Assembly: GCA_964016885.1 (NCBI GenBank)
Contig: OZ024740.1
Location: forward strand, 19,468,001-19,532,000
Reading direction: 5' to 3'
DNA: 64,000 bases
Source: Eledone cirrhosa
Lineage: Eukaryota
Shown: positions 37,701 to 51,662 of the stretch, in pieces
How the letters are laid out: every line of letters begins with the position of its first letter
Numbering within the stretch: position 1 is the first letter of the stretch
Translations under genes and position numbers: made by a program
Notes under the pieces: generated by a model
What the model saw: only the letters and a program-made list of their open reading frames with translations
What the model was told of the DNA's origin: nothing
The model's database searches: none

Positions 37701-39703
37701 ACAGTGCTAGACTTACCTATAAGTGATAGCTTAGGGCCACACACTCTCGGGAGAGCCTCAATGTAGCCAGTGCTAGACTTACCTATAAGTCATAGCTTAG
37801 GGCCACACGCTCTCGGGAGAGCCTCAATGTAGACAGTGCTAGACTTACCTATAAGTCATAGCTTAGGGCCACACACTCTCGGGAGAGCCTCAATGTAGCC
37901 AGTGCTAGACTTACCTATAAGTCATAGCTTAGGGCCACACGCCCTCGGGAGAGCCTCAATGTAGACAGTGCTAGACATACCTATAAGTCATAGCTTAGAT
38001 CCACACGCCCTCGGGAGGGCCTCAATGTAGACAGTGCTAGACTTACCTATAAGTCATAGCTTAGCGCCACACACCCTCAGGATGGCCTCAATGTAGACAG
38101 TGTTAGACTTACCTATAAGTCATAGCTTAGGGCCACACACCCTCGGGAGAGCCTCAATGTAGACAGTGCTAGACTTACCTATAAGTCATAGCTTAGGGCC
38201 ACACACCCTCAGGAGGGCCTCAATGTAGCCAGTACTAGACTTACCTATAAGTCATAGCTTAGAGCCAAACACCCTCGGGAGAGCCTCAATGTAGCCAGTG
38301 CTAGACTTACCTATAAGTCATAGCTTAGGGCCACACACCCTCAGGAGGGCCTGAGTGTAGCCAGTACTAGACTTACCTATAAGTCATAGCTTAGGGCCAC
38401 ACACCCTCGGGAGGGCCTGAGTGTAGCCAGTACTAGACTTACCTATAAGTCATAGCTTAGGGTCACACACCCTTAGCAGGGCCTCAATGTAGACAGTGCT
38501 AGACTTACCTATAAGTCATAGCTTAGGGCCACACACCCTCGGGAGGGCCTGAGTGTAGCCAGTACTAGACTTACCTATAAGACATAGCTTAGGGTCACAC
38601 ACCCTCGGGAGGGCCTGAGTGTAGCCAGTACTAGACTTACCTATAAGTCATAGCTTAGGGTCACACACCCTTAGCAGGGCCTCAATGTAGACAGTGCTAG
38701 ACTTACCTATAAGTCATAGCTTAGGGCCACACACCCTCGGGAGGGCCTGAGTGTAGCCAGTACTAGACTTACCTATAAGTCATAGCTTAGGGCCACACAC
38801 CCTCAGGAGGGCTTGAGTGTAGCCAGTACTAGACTTACCTATAAGTCATAGCTTAGGGTCACACACCCTTAGCAGGGCCTCAATGTAGACAGTGCTAGAC
38901 TTACCTATAAGTCATAGCTTAGGGCCACACACCCTCGGGAGGGCCTGAGTGTAGCCAATACTAGACTTACCTATAAGACATAGCTTAGGGTCACACACCC
39001 TCAGGAGGGCCTGAGTGTAGCCAGTACTAGACTTACCTATAAGTCATAGCTTAGGGCCACACACCCTCAGGAGGGCCTGAGTCTAGCCAGTGCTAGACTT
39101 ACCTATAAGTCATAGCTTAGGGTCACACACCCTTAGCAGGGCCTCAATGTAGACAGTGCTAGACTTACCTATAAGTCATAGCTTAGAGCCACACACCCTC
39201 AGGAGGGCCTCAATGTAGACAGTGCTAGACTTACCTATAAGTCATAGCTTAGGGTCACACACCCTCAGAAGGGCCTGAGTGTAGCCAGTACTAGACTTAC
39301 CTATAAGTCATAGCTTAGGGCCACACACCCTCAGGAGGGCCTGAGTCTAGCCAGTGCTAGACTTACCTATAAGTCATAGCTTAGGGTCACACACCCTCAG
39401 GAGGGCCTGAGTGTAGCCAGTGCTAGACTTACCTATAAGTCATAGCTTAGGGCCACACACCCTCGGGAGGGCCTGAGTGTAGCCAGTGCTAGACTTACCT
39501 AAAAGTCATAGCTTAGGGTCACACACCCTCAGGAGGGCCTGAGTGTAGCCAGTGCTAGACTTACCTATAAGTCATAGCTTAGGGTCACACACCCTCAGGA
39601 GGGCCTGAGTGTAGCCAGTACTAGACTTACCTATAAGACATAGCTTAGGGTCACACACCCTCGGGAGGGCCTGAGTGTAGCCAGTACTAGACTTACCTAT
39701 AAG
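31775..39703. repeat. 66-bp satellite array (~120 copies)
   Basis: Unit ACTTACCTATAAGTCATAGCTTAGGGCCACACACCCTCGGGAGAGCCTCAATGTAGACAGTGCTAG; period 66 (31971 to 32037). Confidence 0.98.
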
Positions 39704-39777
39704 CTAAATAAATTAGTATAAAAAGTACCAGTAATGCACTGGGTAATTGCTGGCCTTGTGCCTAAAGTAGAAACAAA

Positions 39778-40385
39778 TATATTATATATTATATATTATA
39801 TACAGTATATATTATATATTATATACAGTATATATTATATATTATATACAGTATATATTATATATTATATATTATATACAGTATATATTATATAATATAT
39901 ATTATATACAGTATATATTATATATTATATATTATATACAGTATATATTATATATTGTATATATTATATATTATATACAGTATATATTATATATTATATA
40001 TTATATACAGTATATATTATATATTATATACAGTATATATATATTATATACAGTATATATATTATATACAGTATATATTATTTATTATATGCAGTATATA
40101 TTATTTATTATATATTATAAACAGTATATATTATATATTATATATTATGTACAGTACATATTATTTATTATATACAGTATATATTATTTATTATATACAG
40201 TATATATTATTTATTATATATTATATACAGTATATATTATATATTATATATTATATATTATGTACAGTACATATTATTTATTATATACAGTATATATATA
40301 TTATATACAGTATATAGATTATATACAGTATATAGATTATATACAGTATATATATTATATACAGTATATATTATTTATTATTTAT
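39778..40385. repeat. AT-rich low-complexity tandem repeat (TATATTATATACAG-like)
   Basis: Directly read; preceded by a SINE 3' fragment at 39720-39778. Confidence 0.93.
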
Positions 40386-40727
40386 CATTAACATTAATAT
40401 AAAAAATGATTATCATGGATAATTTAAAAAAACTTTTGCTCTAATTCTTTTTTTAGAAAAGGGTCCCAAATTTTATATAGCTTAGGGTCTCAGCAGGTGA
40501 AATTAAGGGTACACGTGTCTGTGGAATATTCAACTACTTACACGTTAATTTACAAGTTGGAGGTTCAGTTGATCGAATATCTGAACGTTCAACGTCGACA
40601 CCGACGAAGGATTCCTCATCATCACCATCATGATCATCATCATCATGATCATCATCATCACCACCATCATCACCATCATCATTATCATCATCATCATCAT
40701 CGTCATCATTATTTAGGAGAGGGGGAG

Positions 40728-42630
40728 ACTGTTACACCCCAGTCTGTTACACCCGATTCTGGTACCCCACAGTCTGTTACACCCCAGGGTTACACCTCAG
40801 TCTGTTACACCCCAGTCTGTTACCCCCAGGTTTTTTACACCCCTGTCTGTTACACTCCAGTCTGTTACACCCCAGTCTGTTATACCCCAGTCTGTTACCC
40901 CCTGTCTGTTACATCCCAGTGTTACACCTCAGTCTGTTACACCCCAGTCTGTTACACCCCTGTCTGTTACACCCCAGTCTGATACACCCCAGTCCGTTAC
41001 ACCCCAGTCTGTTACACCCCTGTCTGTTACACCTCAGTGTTGCACCCCAGTGTTACGCCCCAGTCTGTTACACCCAGGTGTGTTACACCCCAGTCTGTTA
41101 CACCCCAGTGTTACAGCTCAGTCTGTTACACCCCAGTCTGTTACACCCCAGTCTGTTACACCACAATGTGTTACACCCCAGTGTGTTACACCCCAGTGTT
41201 ACACCCCAGTCTGTTATACCCCAGTCTGTTACACCCCAGTGTTACACCTCAGTCTGTTACGCCCCAGTCTGTTACACCCCAGTGTTACACCCCAGTGTTA
41301 CACCTCAGTCTGTTACTCCCCAGCCTATTACACCCCAGTGTTCCACCCCAGTCTGTTACACCCCAGTGTTACACCCCAGTCTGTTACACCCCAGTGTTAC
41401 ACCTCAGTTTGTAACACCCCAGTCTGTTACACCCCAGTGTTACACCTCAGTGTTACACCCGAGTTTTGCACCCCAATCTGTTACACCCCAGTCTGTTACA
41501 CCCCAGTCTGTCACACCCCAGTCTGTTACTCCTCAGTCTGTTACACCCAAGTGTTACACCCCAGTTTGTTACACCCCAGTCTGTTACACCCCAGTGTTAC
41601 ACCCCAGTGTTACACCTCAGTCTGTTACACTCCAATCTGTTACACTCCAGTGTTACACCCCAGGTTGTTACACCCCATTGTTACACCCCAGTATGTTACA
41701 CCCCAGTCTTTTACAGCCCAGTGTTATACCCCAGTCTGTTACATCCAGTCTGTTACACCCCAGTCTGTTACACCCCAGTGTTACACCTCAGTATGTTACA
41801 CACCAGTGTTACACCCCAGTCTGTTACATCCCAGTGTTACACCCCAGTCTGTTACACCCAGTGTTACACCCCAGTAAGTTACACCCCAGTCTGTTACACC
41901 CCAGTCTGTTACACCTAGTCTGTTACACCCCAGCCTGTTACACTCCAGTGTTACACCCCAGTCAGTTACACCCTAGTCTGTTACACCCCAGTGTTACACC
42001 CCAGTCTGTTACACCCCAGTCTGTTACATCCCAGTGTTACACCCCAGTCTGTTACACCCCAGTCTGTTACATCCCTGTGTTACACCCCAGTCTGTTACAC
42101 CCCACTCTGTTACATCCCAGTGTTACACACCAGTCTGTTACACCCTAGTGTTCCACCTCAGTCTGTTACACCCCAGTGTTACACCTCAGTCTGTTACACC
42201 CCAGTGTTACACCTCAGTTTGTAACACCCCAGTGTTACACCCCAGTATGTTACACCCCAGTCTTTTACAGCCCAGTGTTATACCCCAGTCTGTTACATCC
42301 AGTCTGTCACACCCCAGTCTGTTATTCCTCTGTCTGTTACACCCAAGTGTTACACCCCAGTTTGTTACACCCCAGTCTGTTACACCCCAGTGTTACACCT
42401 CAGTCTGTTACACACCAGTGTTACACCCCAGTCTGTTACATCCCAGTGTTACACCCCAGTCTGTTACACCCAGTGTTACACCCCAGTCTGTTACACCCCA
42501 GTCTGTTACACCTAGTCTGTTACACCCCAGCCTGTTACACTCCAGTGTTACACCCCAGTCAGTTACACCCTAGTCTGTTACACCCCAGTGTTACACCCCA
42601 GTCTGTTACACCCCAGTCTGTTACACCCCT
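40728..42630. repeat. 13/15-bp minisatellite TGTTACACCCCAG(TC)
   Basis: Directly read. Confidence 0.96.
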
Positions 42631-42964
42631 GTTGACAGGTGCTTTAGTCGCGCCCCACGGACAAAATGACAAACATATTACCGCGGAGAATGGCCAGAGA
42701 CACCCGCTACACTAGCCACACCACCTCACGGAGCTCCCTCCTCAAGTGGCTCCATAATATACAGCACAAGAAAGAGAAGAAGGAAGAACGACATGACGGA
42801 AGGAAGAGAGTAAAGATGGAATGAAAAAGGAATGAAAGAAAGACGGGAGAAAGGAAAGAAAAATGAAAAACTACAATGGACTGTGATTCCTTCATTATAT
42901 GAGGGCATAAAAATCTATATCTTGTCGCAATGCTGATTCTGGTATGGATATATATATATATGTT

Positions 42965-43052
<88 letters not shown>

Positions 43053-43183
43053 TGTATGTTTGAGTCTGTGTGCCTGTATAAGCATGTATGTGTGTGTATA
43101 TGCGTACAATGAGCCAATCCTCTGCGAAACGCGCGTACACAATAAGAAAACTAACGACATGTAAACGAAATTTCATCGTTTTT

Positions 43184-43227
<44 letters not shown>

Positions 43228-43229
<2 letters not shown>

Positions 43230-43301
43230 CGCCTTTTTGTGTAAACTCCCCCCTTTGTACTTGTCCCACTTTTGATGCCCTAGTGGCAAATAAAAGAAAC
43301 T
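43228..43301 (+). mobile_element. 74-bp solo 3' end of the Tx1 copy-2 family inserted in (TA)n
   Basis: Exact reverse complement of 5041-5114. Confidence 0.92.
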
Positions 43302-43334
43302 TATATATATATATATATATATAAAGGAAACTAT

Positions 43335-43525
43335 ATATTGTTATAATTTGGGAGGGTCATGCTGCCAATAAAAAGAAATGCACTTGTTAGTTTTCACTTT
43401 AATTTATTACAAATTTCTTGGTTTATTGGCAGCATGACCCACCCAAAATATCAAAATATGACAATCTGATTCAGCACACCTTTTGAGATAAGAATTCTTG
43501 CAAAAGAAATACAAAAACGAAGTAT
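43335..43525. mobile_element. Inverted pair of PLE terminal fragments
   Basis: TTTGGGAGGGTCATG.TGCCAATAA in both orientations; matches 16655-16760. Confidence 0.6.
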
Positions 43526-43542
43526 ATATACATTGCGTGAAG

Positions 43543-43577
<35 letters not shown>

Positions 43578-43579
43578 CT

Positions 43580-44625
43580 GTCTGTCTAAGTCCTCCACCG
43601 GCTACCGAAGCCTATCTATGTCCCCTTCCGGCTACCGAAGCTTGTCTAGGTCTCCCACCGGCTACCGAAGCTTATCTAAGTCCCCCACCGGCTACCGACG
43701 CCTATCTAAGTCCCCCACCGGCTACCGAAGCCTATCTCTGTACCCTACTGGCTACCGAAGCCTATCTATGTACCCTACCGGCTACCGAAGCCTATCTATG
43801 TACCCCACCGGCTACCGAAGCCTATCTATGTACCCCACCTACTACTGAAGCCTATCTAAGTCCCCCACCGGCTACCGACGCCTATCTATGTACCTTACCT
43901 GCTACCGAAGCCTATCTAAGTCCCCCACCGGCTACCGAAGCCTATCTATGTACCCTACCGGCTACCGAAGCCTATCTATGTACCCTACCGGCTACCGAAG
44001 CCTATCTATGTCCCCCACCTGCTACCGAAGCCTATCTATGTACCCTACCGGCTACCGAAGCCTATATATGTACCCTACCGGCTACCGAAGTCTATCTATG
44101 TACCCTACCGGCTACCGAAGCCTATATATGTACCCTACCGGCTACCGAAGTCTATCTATGTACCCCACCTGTTACCGAAGCCTATATATGTACCCTACCG
44201 GCTACCGAAGCCTATCTATGTACCCCACCTGCTACCGAGGCCTATCTATGTACCCTACCGGCTACCGAAGCCTATCTATGTACCCTACCGGCTACCGAAG
44301 CCTATCTATGTACCCTACCGGCTACCGAAGCCTATCTATGTTCCCTACCGGCTACCGAAGCCTATCTATGTACCCCACCTGCTACCGAAGCCTATCTATG
44401 TACCCTACCGGCTACCGAAGCCTATCTATGTCCCCTACCGGCTACAGAAGCCTATCTATGTCCCCTACCGGCTACCGAAGCTTATCTATGTCCCCCACCG
44501 GCTACCGAAGCCTATCTATGTACCCTACCGGCTACCGAAGCCTATCTATGTCCCCCACCGGCTACCGAAGCCTATCTATGTACCCTACCGGCTACCGAAG
44601 CCTATCTATGTACCCTACCGGTTAC
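43580..44625. repeat. 30-bp minisatellite CCTATCTATGTACCCTACCGGCTACCGAAG (~35 copies)
   Basis: Directly read. Confidence 0.96.
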
Positions 44626-44841
44626 CCAACAAACATCCTACTGATGCCACCTCAACAACATAATACATATATGTCGCATTTGTTTTCAATATTCCATTCA
44701 TATATTATTTCGTCATAACTGATTGTTGATCATATATCGATGTTAGTAGATTTTCATGTCTGATATTGTATCGATCTCTTTTTGTCCTGCTGATAACACG
44801 CATACAAACACACATATATAAATACATATCTGTGTGTGTAG

Positions 44842-44876
<35 letters not shown>

Positions 44877-44911
44877 ATGTGTATATATATATATATATTA
44901 ATATATATATA

Positions 44912-44946
<35 letters not shown>

Positions 44947-44957
44947 CTAACATTTCT

Positions 44958-45005
<48 letters not shown>

Positions 45006-45178
45006 CAAAGAAGGTGTGGTAAGAAGCCAGATGGACCATAACGCACCAGAGTACTTGATACGTAGGGTAGGAGAGTGGGTAATAGGAAAAGAGTCAGGAC
45101 CCCGACGGCTGAGCTCCGGCCGTTTCGACAGCTAGATCCGAACTGTTTGGAGCTCAGCCGTAGGGGTCTTGACTCTTT

Positions 45179-45311
<133 letters not shown>

Positions 45312-46637
45312 ATACATTGAGCCTATCTCATCTTGCCAATGAAAATACTGAAGTATTACACTATAACCTTATATATATCCTAAACGGACTACCGTCCGTT
45401 TAGTAATATTGTTGTGGTCGTGTTTTCGTTGGCAATCGTCTGTTTACGACAGTACAGCGCAGCTCTACTTTATTTAACTGAGATAAAACTTATATGAACA
45501 TGAACAGTAGATCATTACGCATCCTTTGGCTTAAAAATCTAGAAATTTGGTCCAGCGGGAAAAAGTTTATAATCAAAGTTTGCTAATAAATCTTGTGTTC
45601 AAGTGATGAGTAGTAAGCGTGACGCTAGGGGAGGTAATCCAGAAATGACGACGTTTGGAAAAGTTTAATTACTGCATGAAAGAAATGATTCAAAAATTGA
45701 ACTTGCCCAGTTTGAAAATTGGTCAAAATTTGACAAATCTGACTTCAAACCAGATATGATTCATTTGAACAATGTTGGAAATCTTAAATTGACACAAATT
45801 TTTGGCAATGTTTTTGCCACCTGATCCTTGTTCTATGGCTGACTGACTAATTTTGTGACTTAATAAAATGTCATCATACTAGTAATGCACAATGGTCATT
45901 TTTAAATTTAAATTTTATTAAATAGTTGTTGCTTGCATTGCCTTAAAATAGTAACAAGAATGTACACATACTTTTTAAAAATACATCATTATCAGTCAAA
46001 TCAGTCAAATGTCACTAAAAACAAGGTGGTCGATAACAACTTCTATAAGATTAGTTACATGCTCACACATTGGATCACCTCTCATCAATGGCATTGGGTG
46101 TCTGAGATAATCGTGGAGATAACTGATGAAGTCACAAATGAAGTGATGGTCTTCCAGTGTGAACAACTCCCTATATCCATTGATATATGTGATGGCTTCC
46201 GATTCATAGGTGCATTTTATGAGGAATTCCAAGCATCCGATTTTCAGTGATTCAATGGGCATTTTATCAGAGATGATAAGGTATTTGACCACGTTTTGCT
46301 TTGTAAGTAAATTGGAGAGAATCACTGCAGTCAAAGTCATTTCTTTGCATGGGTTTTTGTCCATTCTAAAAAGTTAAAATGATAAAGTATTACTACTATA
46401 TAACTTACATCTATTGTTGTAACACCATTGAAATGCACAAGTTTCACCAATTCACTATTATGCACTAATCATCTCAAATGCATTCATGATTTACTAGCTT
46501 TGTCATTAAGCCAGTTGCCTCAACTAGATTGCAATTATACTCAAAAGAACTTTAAAATGTCAATCACTTGTCAGTAATTCACTATGATCATTTAATTATT
46601 AGATAGTTGTTGCTTGCATTACCTTAAAAAATAGTAG

Positions 46638-47730
46638 ACCAGATAGAAAAATGCGTACAGCAAAAAAAAGTAATATTGTTGGAATATAAACCTTTAAAAA
46701 TACAGGACAAGAAACTAAAATAAAACTTTAAAAGAATAGGACAAGAAACTAAGATAAAACTTTAAAAGAATAGGACAAGAAACTAAGATAAAACTTTAAA
46801 GAATTGGACAAGAAATAAAAAAATGTTACAATAATATTAGTGGCAAAATGTTTTTATTCGTTTCCTGTGCTATGCCCCAGTATCTTCTTGATTAGTGCAT
46901 AATAATTGTCATGCTCTCATTGTGCGTTGCCCCTGAGCGGTTGGTTCTGGTTGGGGTTGGTTGGCTGAGCAGTTCTGCTCCGCCAGAATGACCATTGCAA
47001 GAAGAATTGGCCGATGCAGCTGCAGGTCTCCTCCAAGAATGCACCTCTGGTCCCGCAACACCAGACGAAGATGGAGAAGACGACCGGGACAAGATGTCGA
47101 CTCTGACCACCGACTACGGCACCTCCCTCAACCACCGGTCCTCCCTCCCTCTGTCCCGTCATCCCTCCAGTCCTCCTGCTCCCCCTTCCTGTACCAGAAA
47201 GCTGTGGCACGCATTCATCTGGACTGCCGGACTTGAACTCAAGGACAAGATGCAAGGAGAAGATGGACGGGTTGGTCAAGATCAAGGATGAGCGGGACGA
47301 CAAGACCGTCCGCTGCTGCTCAAGATCTGTGCTCATGGGCCCATGGGTCCATTCACATTATGCATGACACATGAGGTGTGTCGCCGAATGATGAAATAGG
47401 GGTATGGTTATGGCCCAATTGGTATTCAAACCAGGATCAAATGATCTCCCCGGTCTGACGACGACCTCTGAATGTGGAACCCAGAGCCTATGAATGTGGA
47501 ACTCGATTTTTTACCAATAAAAATTTTGCCACTAATATTATTGTAAAATTTTTTATTTCTTGTCCAATTCTTTAGAGTTTTATCTGAGTTTCTTGTCCTA
47601 TTCTTTTAAAGTTTTATCTTAGTTTCTTGTCCTATTCTTTTAAAGTTTTATTTTAGTTTCTTGTCCTGTATTTTTAAAGGTTTATATTCCAACAATATTA
47701 CTTTTTTTTGCTGTACGCATTTTTCTATCT

Positions 47731-47733
<3 letters not shown>
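46638..47733. mobile_element. Non-autonomous DNA transposon with ~210-bp TIRs and subterminal tandem repeats (EnSpm/CACTA-like)
   Basis: 46638-46850 is inverted at ~47522-47733; (A)CCAGATAG ends; ~32-bp subterminal repeats GGACAAGAAACTAAGATAAAACTTTAAAAGAATA. Confidence 0.75.
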
Positions 47734-47790
<57 letters not shown>

Positions 47791-48077
47791 TAAACGGAAT
47801 AGAAAATGCTGACAAATTGGTCACAGTTGAAAAATAGTTTAATTAGGAATAAAAGAGTATTAGTAATTGTATTGGTTAGTATTCAGTTGTGGTTTTAAGT
47901 TTTTACCGGTGGTTGCGCATTTCTAAATGCTTTTCAAAAATAATTTTGAGATAGAGCGTCCGTGTTGTTTGCTCTTTTATTCCTAATTAAACTATTTTTC
48001 AACTGTGAACAATTTGTCAGCATTTTCTATTCCGTTTACCAATATATAATAACTTGTGTGTTACACCTCTATTCTTT

Positions 48078-48116
<39 letters not shown>

Positions 48117-48254
48117 GTATATAAATTTTATTTATTTATTTACAGTAATAATTGTTTCTACTTTTATCCCAGCAATTATCACAGTTCATTACTGGTACTT
48201 TATTTTATCGACCCCGTAAGGATAAAAGGCAAAGTTAACCTCGGCGGGATGACA

Positions 48255-48560
48255 ACTATAATAACGGCAATAATAAAAAAGAAAAGGAACCAAAAGAAAA
48301 AAGAGCAGGAAGGGAAGGGAGGATGGCAAGTGCTCTCGTGTCGCAGAAGAGAGGGGAGAGGTGAAGAGGGAGTGATTGGGTTTTGGCCTCGGACAAGGGG
48401 GAAGAAGTACTGCACCCCGCGGACAAGACAGCAGAAGCATTCCCGCGGCCGATGGACAGTGACACCCGCTGCAACAGTCACCCAGCCTCGCGAGGCTCCT
48501 TCTTTAGACGGGCTGCCAACGTTCCCATCTTGTGGAGGAGCTGGGCTGTACGGCGTCAAA
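48255..48560 (-). pseudogene. 3' end of a second CRE-like element
   Basis: EPREAG*LLQRVSLSIGRGNASAVL matches the RLE C-terminal motif also seen at 13330-13450. Confidence 0.6.
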
Positions 48561-48592
48561 GTACGCCTGAGGTCTCAGGCGTACTTATATAT

Positions 48593-49407
48593 ATATACGA
48601 TATTAATAAATGGAAACTATATTTATAAAACCATATTTATTTCATTATATATATTTCAAGGATACCAAGTTACATTATGGTATGCCTTCATCAGACAAAA
48701 TACAATATATAACAGTTTTATAAATAGACATTGACGTACCCCTTTAAAAATTGACAGTTGCTTTTGGAGGCCATCAGGATAGTGATTTGTTTACTTTAGT
48801 AAGTTATAGTGTTCAGAGTAAGTAAAAAGATGGAGAGAGAGAGAGAAACGTGGAGAAAAGAAAGGCAGAGATAGATAAAGAAAAAGAAGAAAGCAAAAAG
48901 AAAAGAGAAGAGAGGAAAAATAACGGAGAGATATCAAACCATCAGACAGAGAAAAAAATCCAGAGAGAGATATATAGAGAGAGGGGGGAGAGGTTTTCGT
49001 TCTCTCCCCCCTCTCTCTATCTCTATATATCTCTCTCTGGGTTTTTTTCTCTGTCTGATGGTTTGATATCTCTCCGTTATTTTTCCTCTCTTCTCTTTTC
49101 TTTTTGCTTTCTTCTTTTTCTTTATCTATCTCTGCTTTCTTTTCTCCACGTTTCTCTCTCTCTCTCCATCTTTTTACTTACTCTTAACACTATAACTTAC
49201 TAAAGTAAACAAATCACTATCCTGATGGCCTCCAAAAGCAACTGTCAATTTTTAAAGGGGTACGTCAATGTCTATTTATAAAACTGTTATATATTGTATT
49301 TTGTCTGATGAAGGCATACCATAATGTAACTTGGTATCCTTGAAATATATATAATGAAATAAATATGGTTTTATAAATATAGTTTCCATTTATTAATATC
49401 GTATATC
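48593..49407. mobile_element. ~400-bp-arm near-perfect palindrome with a hammerhead in each arm
   Basis: Centre ~48995; plus-strand HHR 49298-49360 (CTGATGA..GAAA-TATATA-TA); same family at 61045-61333. Confidence 0.75.
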
Positions 49408-49488
49408 TACTCCAAATATTTGTCGAGTGCTTTATATCAGTTATAAAAATATTTGCTTGTTGTAACCCAACAATTTAAATAAAACTTT

Positions 49489-49547
<59 letters not shown>

Positions 49548-50374
49548 CAATATATTTAGAAACACACAGATACATGCGGACACACACATATATACATGAA
49601 TGCATCCGCACCCAACTGTGAGTTAAGGGTGCCAACTTCACCGATGTTGCTCAATGAATGACTGGGACAGACCAATTCAGTTGAACCAGACTGAACCAGT
49701 ATCAGAGTTAAAAATACATTATGAAGAGAGAAGAAACATTTAGATATAATTAGTAATAAAACGTATCATACCTAAACTGCTCCTAAATTCCTCGACTACG
49801 TAGTTTCGTGGCATAAACAAAAACAATATATCATAAAGATATAGAGTCCTTGCGAGGTCTGCCGACTTAGAGGCTTAGCTCTGTTTCTCGACCGTTATAT
49901 CGCGTGACTATCTCCCCCTCCGCCTTTTGGGATTCTTTCTCACGTCGTGTAGACGCGTTCTTGAGACTAGTAAAATGAGGTATCCTCTTGATAAGTCGGC
50001 AGAGCTCGCAAGGACTCTATATCTTTATGATATATTGTTTTTGTTTATGCCACGAAACTACGTAGTCGAGGAATTTAGGAGCAGTTTAGGTATGATACAT
50101 TTTATTACTAATTATATCTAAATGTTTCTTCTCTCTTCATAATGTATATATATATATATATATATATTAGAAAAATGGAGCGCTGCGTGGTTTCACATGG
50201 GTTACATATGAATAAAATTAGTCCTTCATCAGTGATCTTCCAACTTTCATTGGTATTTCACCATAAATATATATATATAGGAAAATGTATGACCCCGACG
50301 GCAGAGCTCAAGCCGTTTCGACGGCTATTTCTGTTGCGTTATGGTCCATTTGGTTCCTTACCACAACTCCTTCG

Positions 50375-50448
<74 letters not shown>

Positions 50449-50449
50449 G

Positions 50450-50481
<32 letters not shown>

Positions 50482-50659
50482 TTATAAAGATATATATTAT
50501 AAAGAGCCAGTTCCAGTCTGGAACTGGCTGTGGAGGCTACGGGTGCTCGACCGTCTGGGTCCCGATTCTTTATAATATAGTCACACTGTACCACCCCAAG
50601 TATCGAGAACTCCTGATGAGTAATCGTTTAAACAGTTTCAAACTGAATTCATCCTGATT

Positions 50660-50695
<36 letters not shown>

Positions 50696-50861
50696 CGTGT
50701 GTGTGTGTGTGTGTATGTGTAAGCATGTGGGTGTATATATATGTGTGTGTGTATGTGTGTATGTGTCTGTGTATATATATATGCGTGTGTGTGTGTACAT
50801 GTGTGTATGTGTTTGTGTGTATATATATATGTGTGTGTTTATTTATAACAACACAATATAC

Positions 50862-51061
50862 NNNNNNNNNNNNNNNNNNNNNNNNNNNNNNNNNNNNNNN
50901 NNNNNNNNNNNNNNNNNNNNNNNNNNNNNNNNNNNNNNNNNNNNNNNNNNNNNNNNNNNNNNNNNNNNNNNNNNNNNNNNNNNNNNNNNNNNNNNNNNNN
51001 NNNNNNNNNNNNNNNNNNNNNNNNNNNNNNNNNNNNNNNNNNNNNNNNNNNNNNNNNNNNN
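50862..51061. other. Assembly gap (200 N)
   Basis: N run. Confidence 1.
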
Positions 51062-51609
51062 ACATGCTAAAATAGAACATAAGGGCAAATTAGAGAACAT
51101 AGAAATAAAAATAAAATCTACACACAGAAATGACGCAATGTTTAGACAAATCACAGAGGCAATAAACATAAATGAACTCCAACCAAAATTAAATAGAAAA
51201 CATGAATGGAATAGCAACATCACAACTTAAAATTAAGGACAAAATGAAAACACACACACACACAGAACAAACAACCAGCCAGTAACATGTAAATAAACAA
51301 ATAAATAAACAAATAAAAACACACACAGACACCCGGATGTAACACATGCGCAAACTAAGCACACAACACACACAAAAACAAGATGGCGTAGGAAAGAACA
51401 AAGGAGAGGCACAAAACAAAGAAAAGAATCTCTAGTCAATGAAGAGGTCACAGAATGTGTGACGAAAGAACTTTGACAATATATGAACAACCGTCCGGTT
51501 GTAGAACCAACCAACCAACCGGAAATTTATGAATTTAATTTATAATAAATGGGAGTGAAAACAACTGGTGCGCGTGTTTCTTATTGGCAACATGACCCTC
51601 CCAAAGTAT

Positions 51610-51615
<6 letters not shown>
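51062..51615 (+). mobile_element. PLE 3' end (GIY-YIG C-terminus + 3' region), paralog of 16710-17265
   Basis: [16 protein letters not shown]...[13 protein letters not shown] plus matching UTR; cut by the gap. Confidence 0.85.

Positions 51616-51659
<44 letters not shown>

Positions 51660-51662
<3 letters not shown>

Larger units (their letters stand above)
31756..40501. mobile_element. Probable non-autonomous hAT-like element inflated by a satellite, inserted in a SINE
   Basis: Flanked by (G/A)TTAAGGG at 31748-31755 and 40502-40509; TAGCTTAGGG motifs near both ends; SINE-like halves at 31600-31755 and 40503-40615; right TIR appears eroded. Confidence 0.45.

Noticed and set aside
31775-39703. 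66-bp array as a CRISPR-like repeat-spacer array
   Set aside because: The variable parts are point variants of one sequence rather than unique spacers; no cas genes; eukaryotic context.
40497-44718. His-rich, VTPQS/CYTPV and PATEAYLC/YPTGYRSLS ORFs
   Set aside because: Products of the (CAT)n, 13/15-bp and 30-bp tandem repeats.
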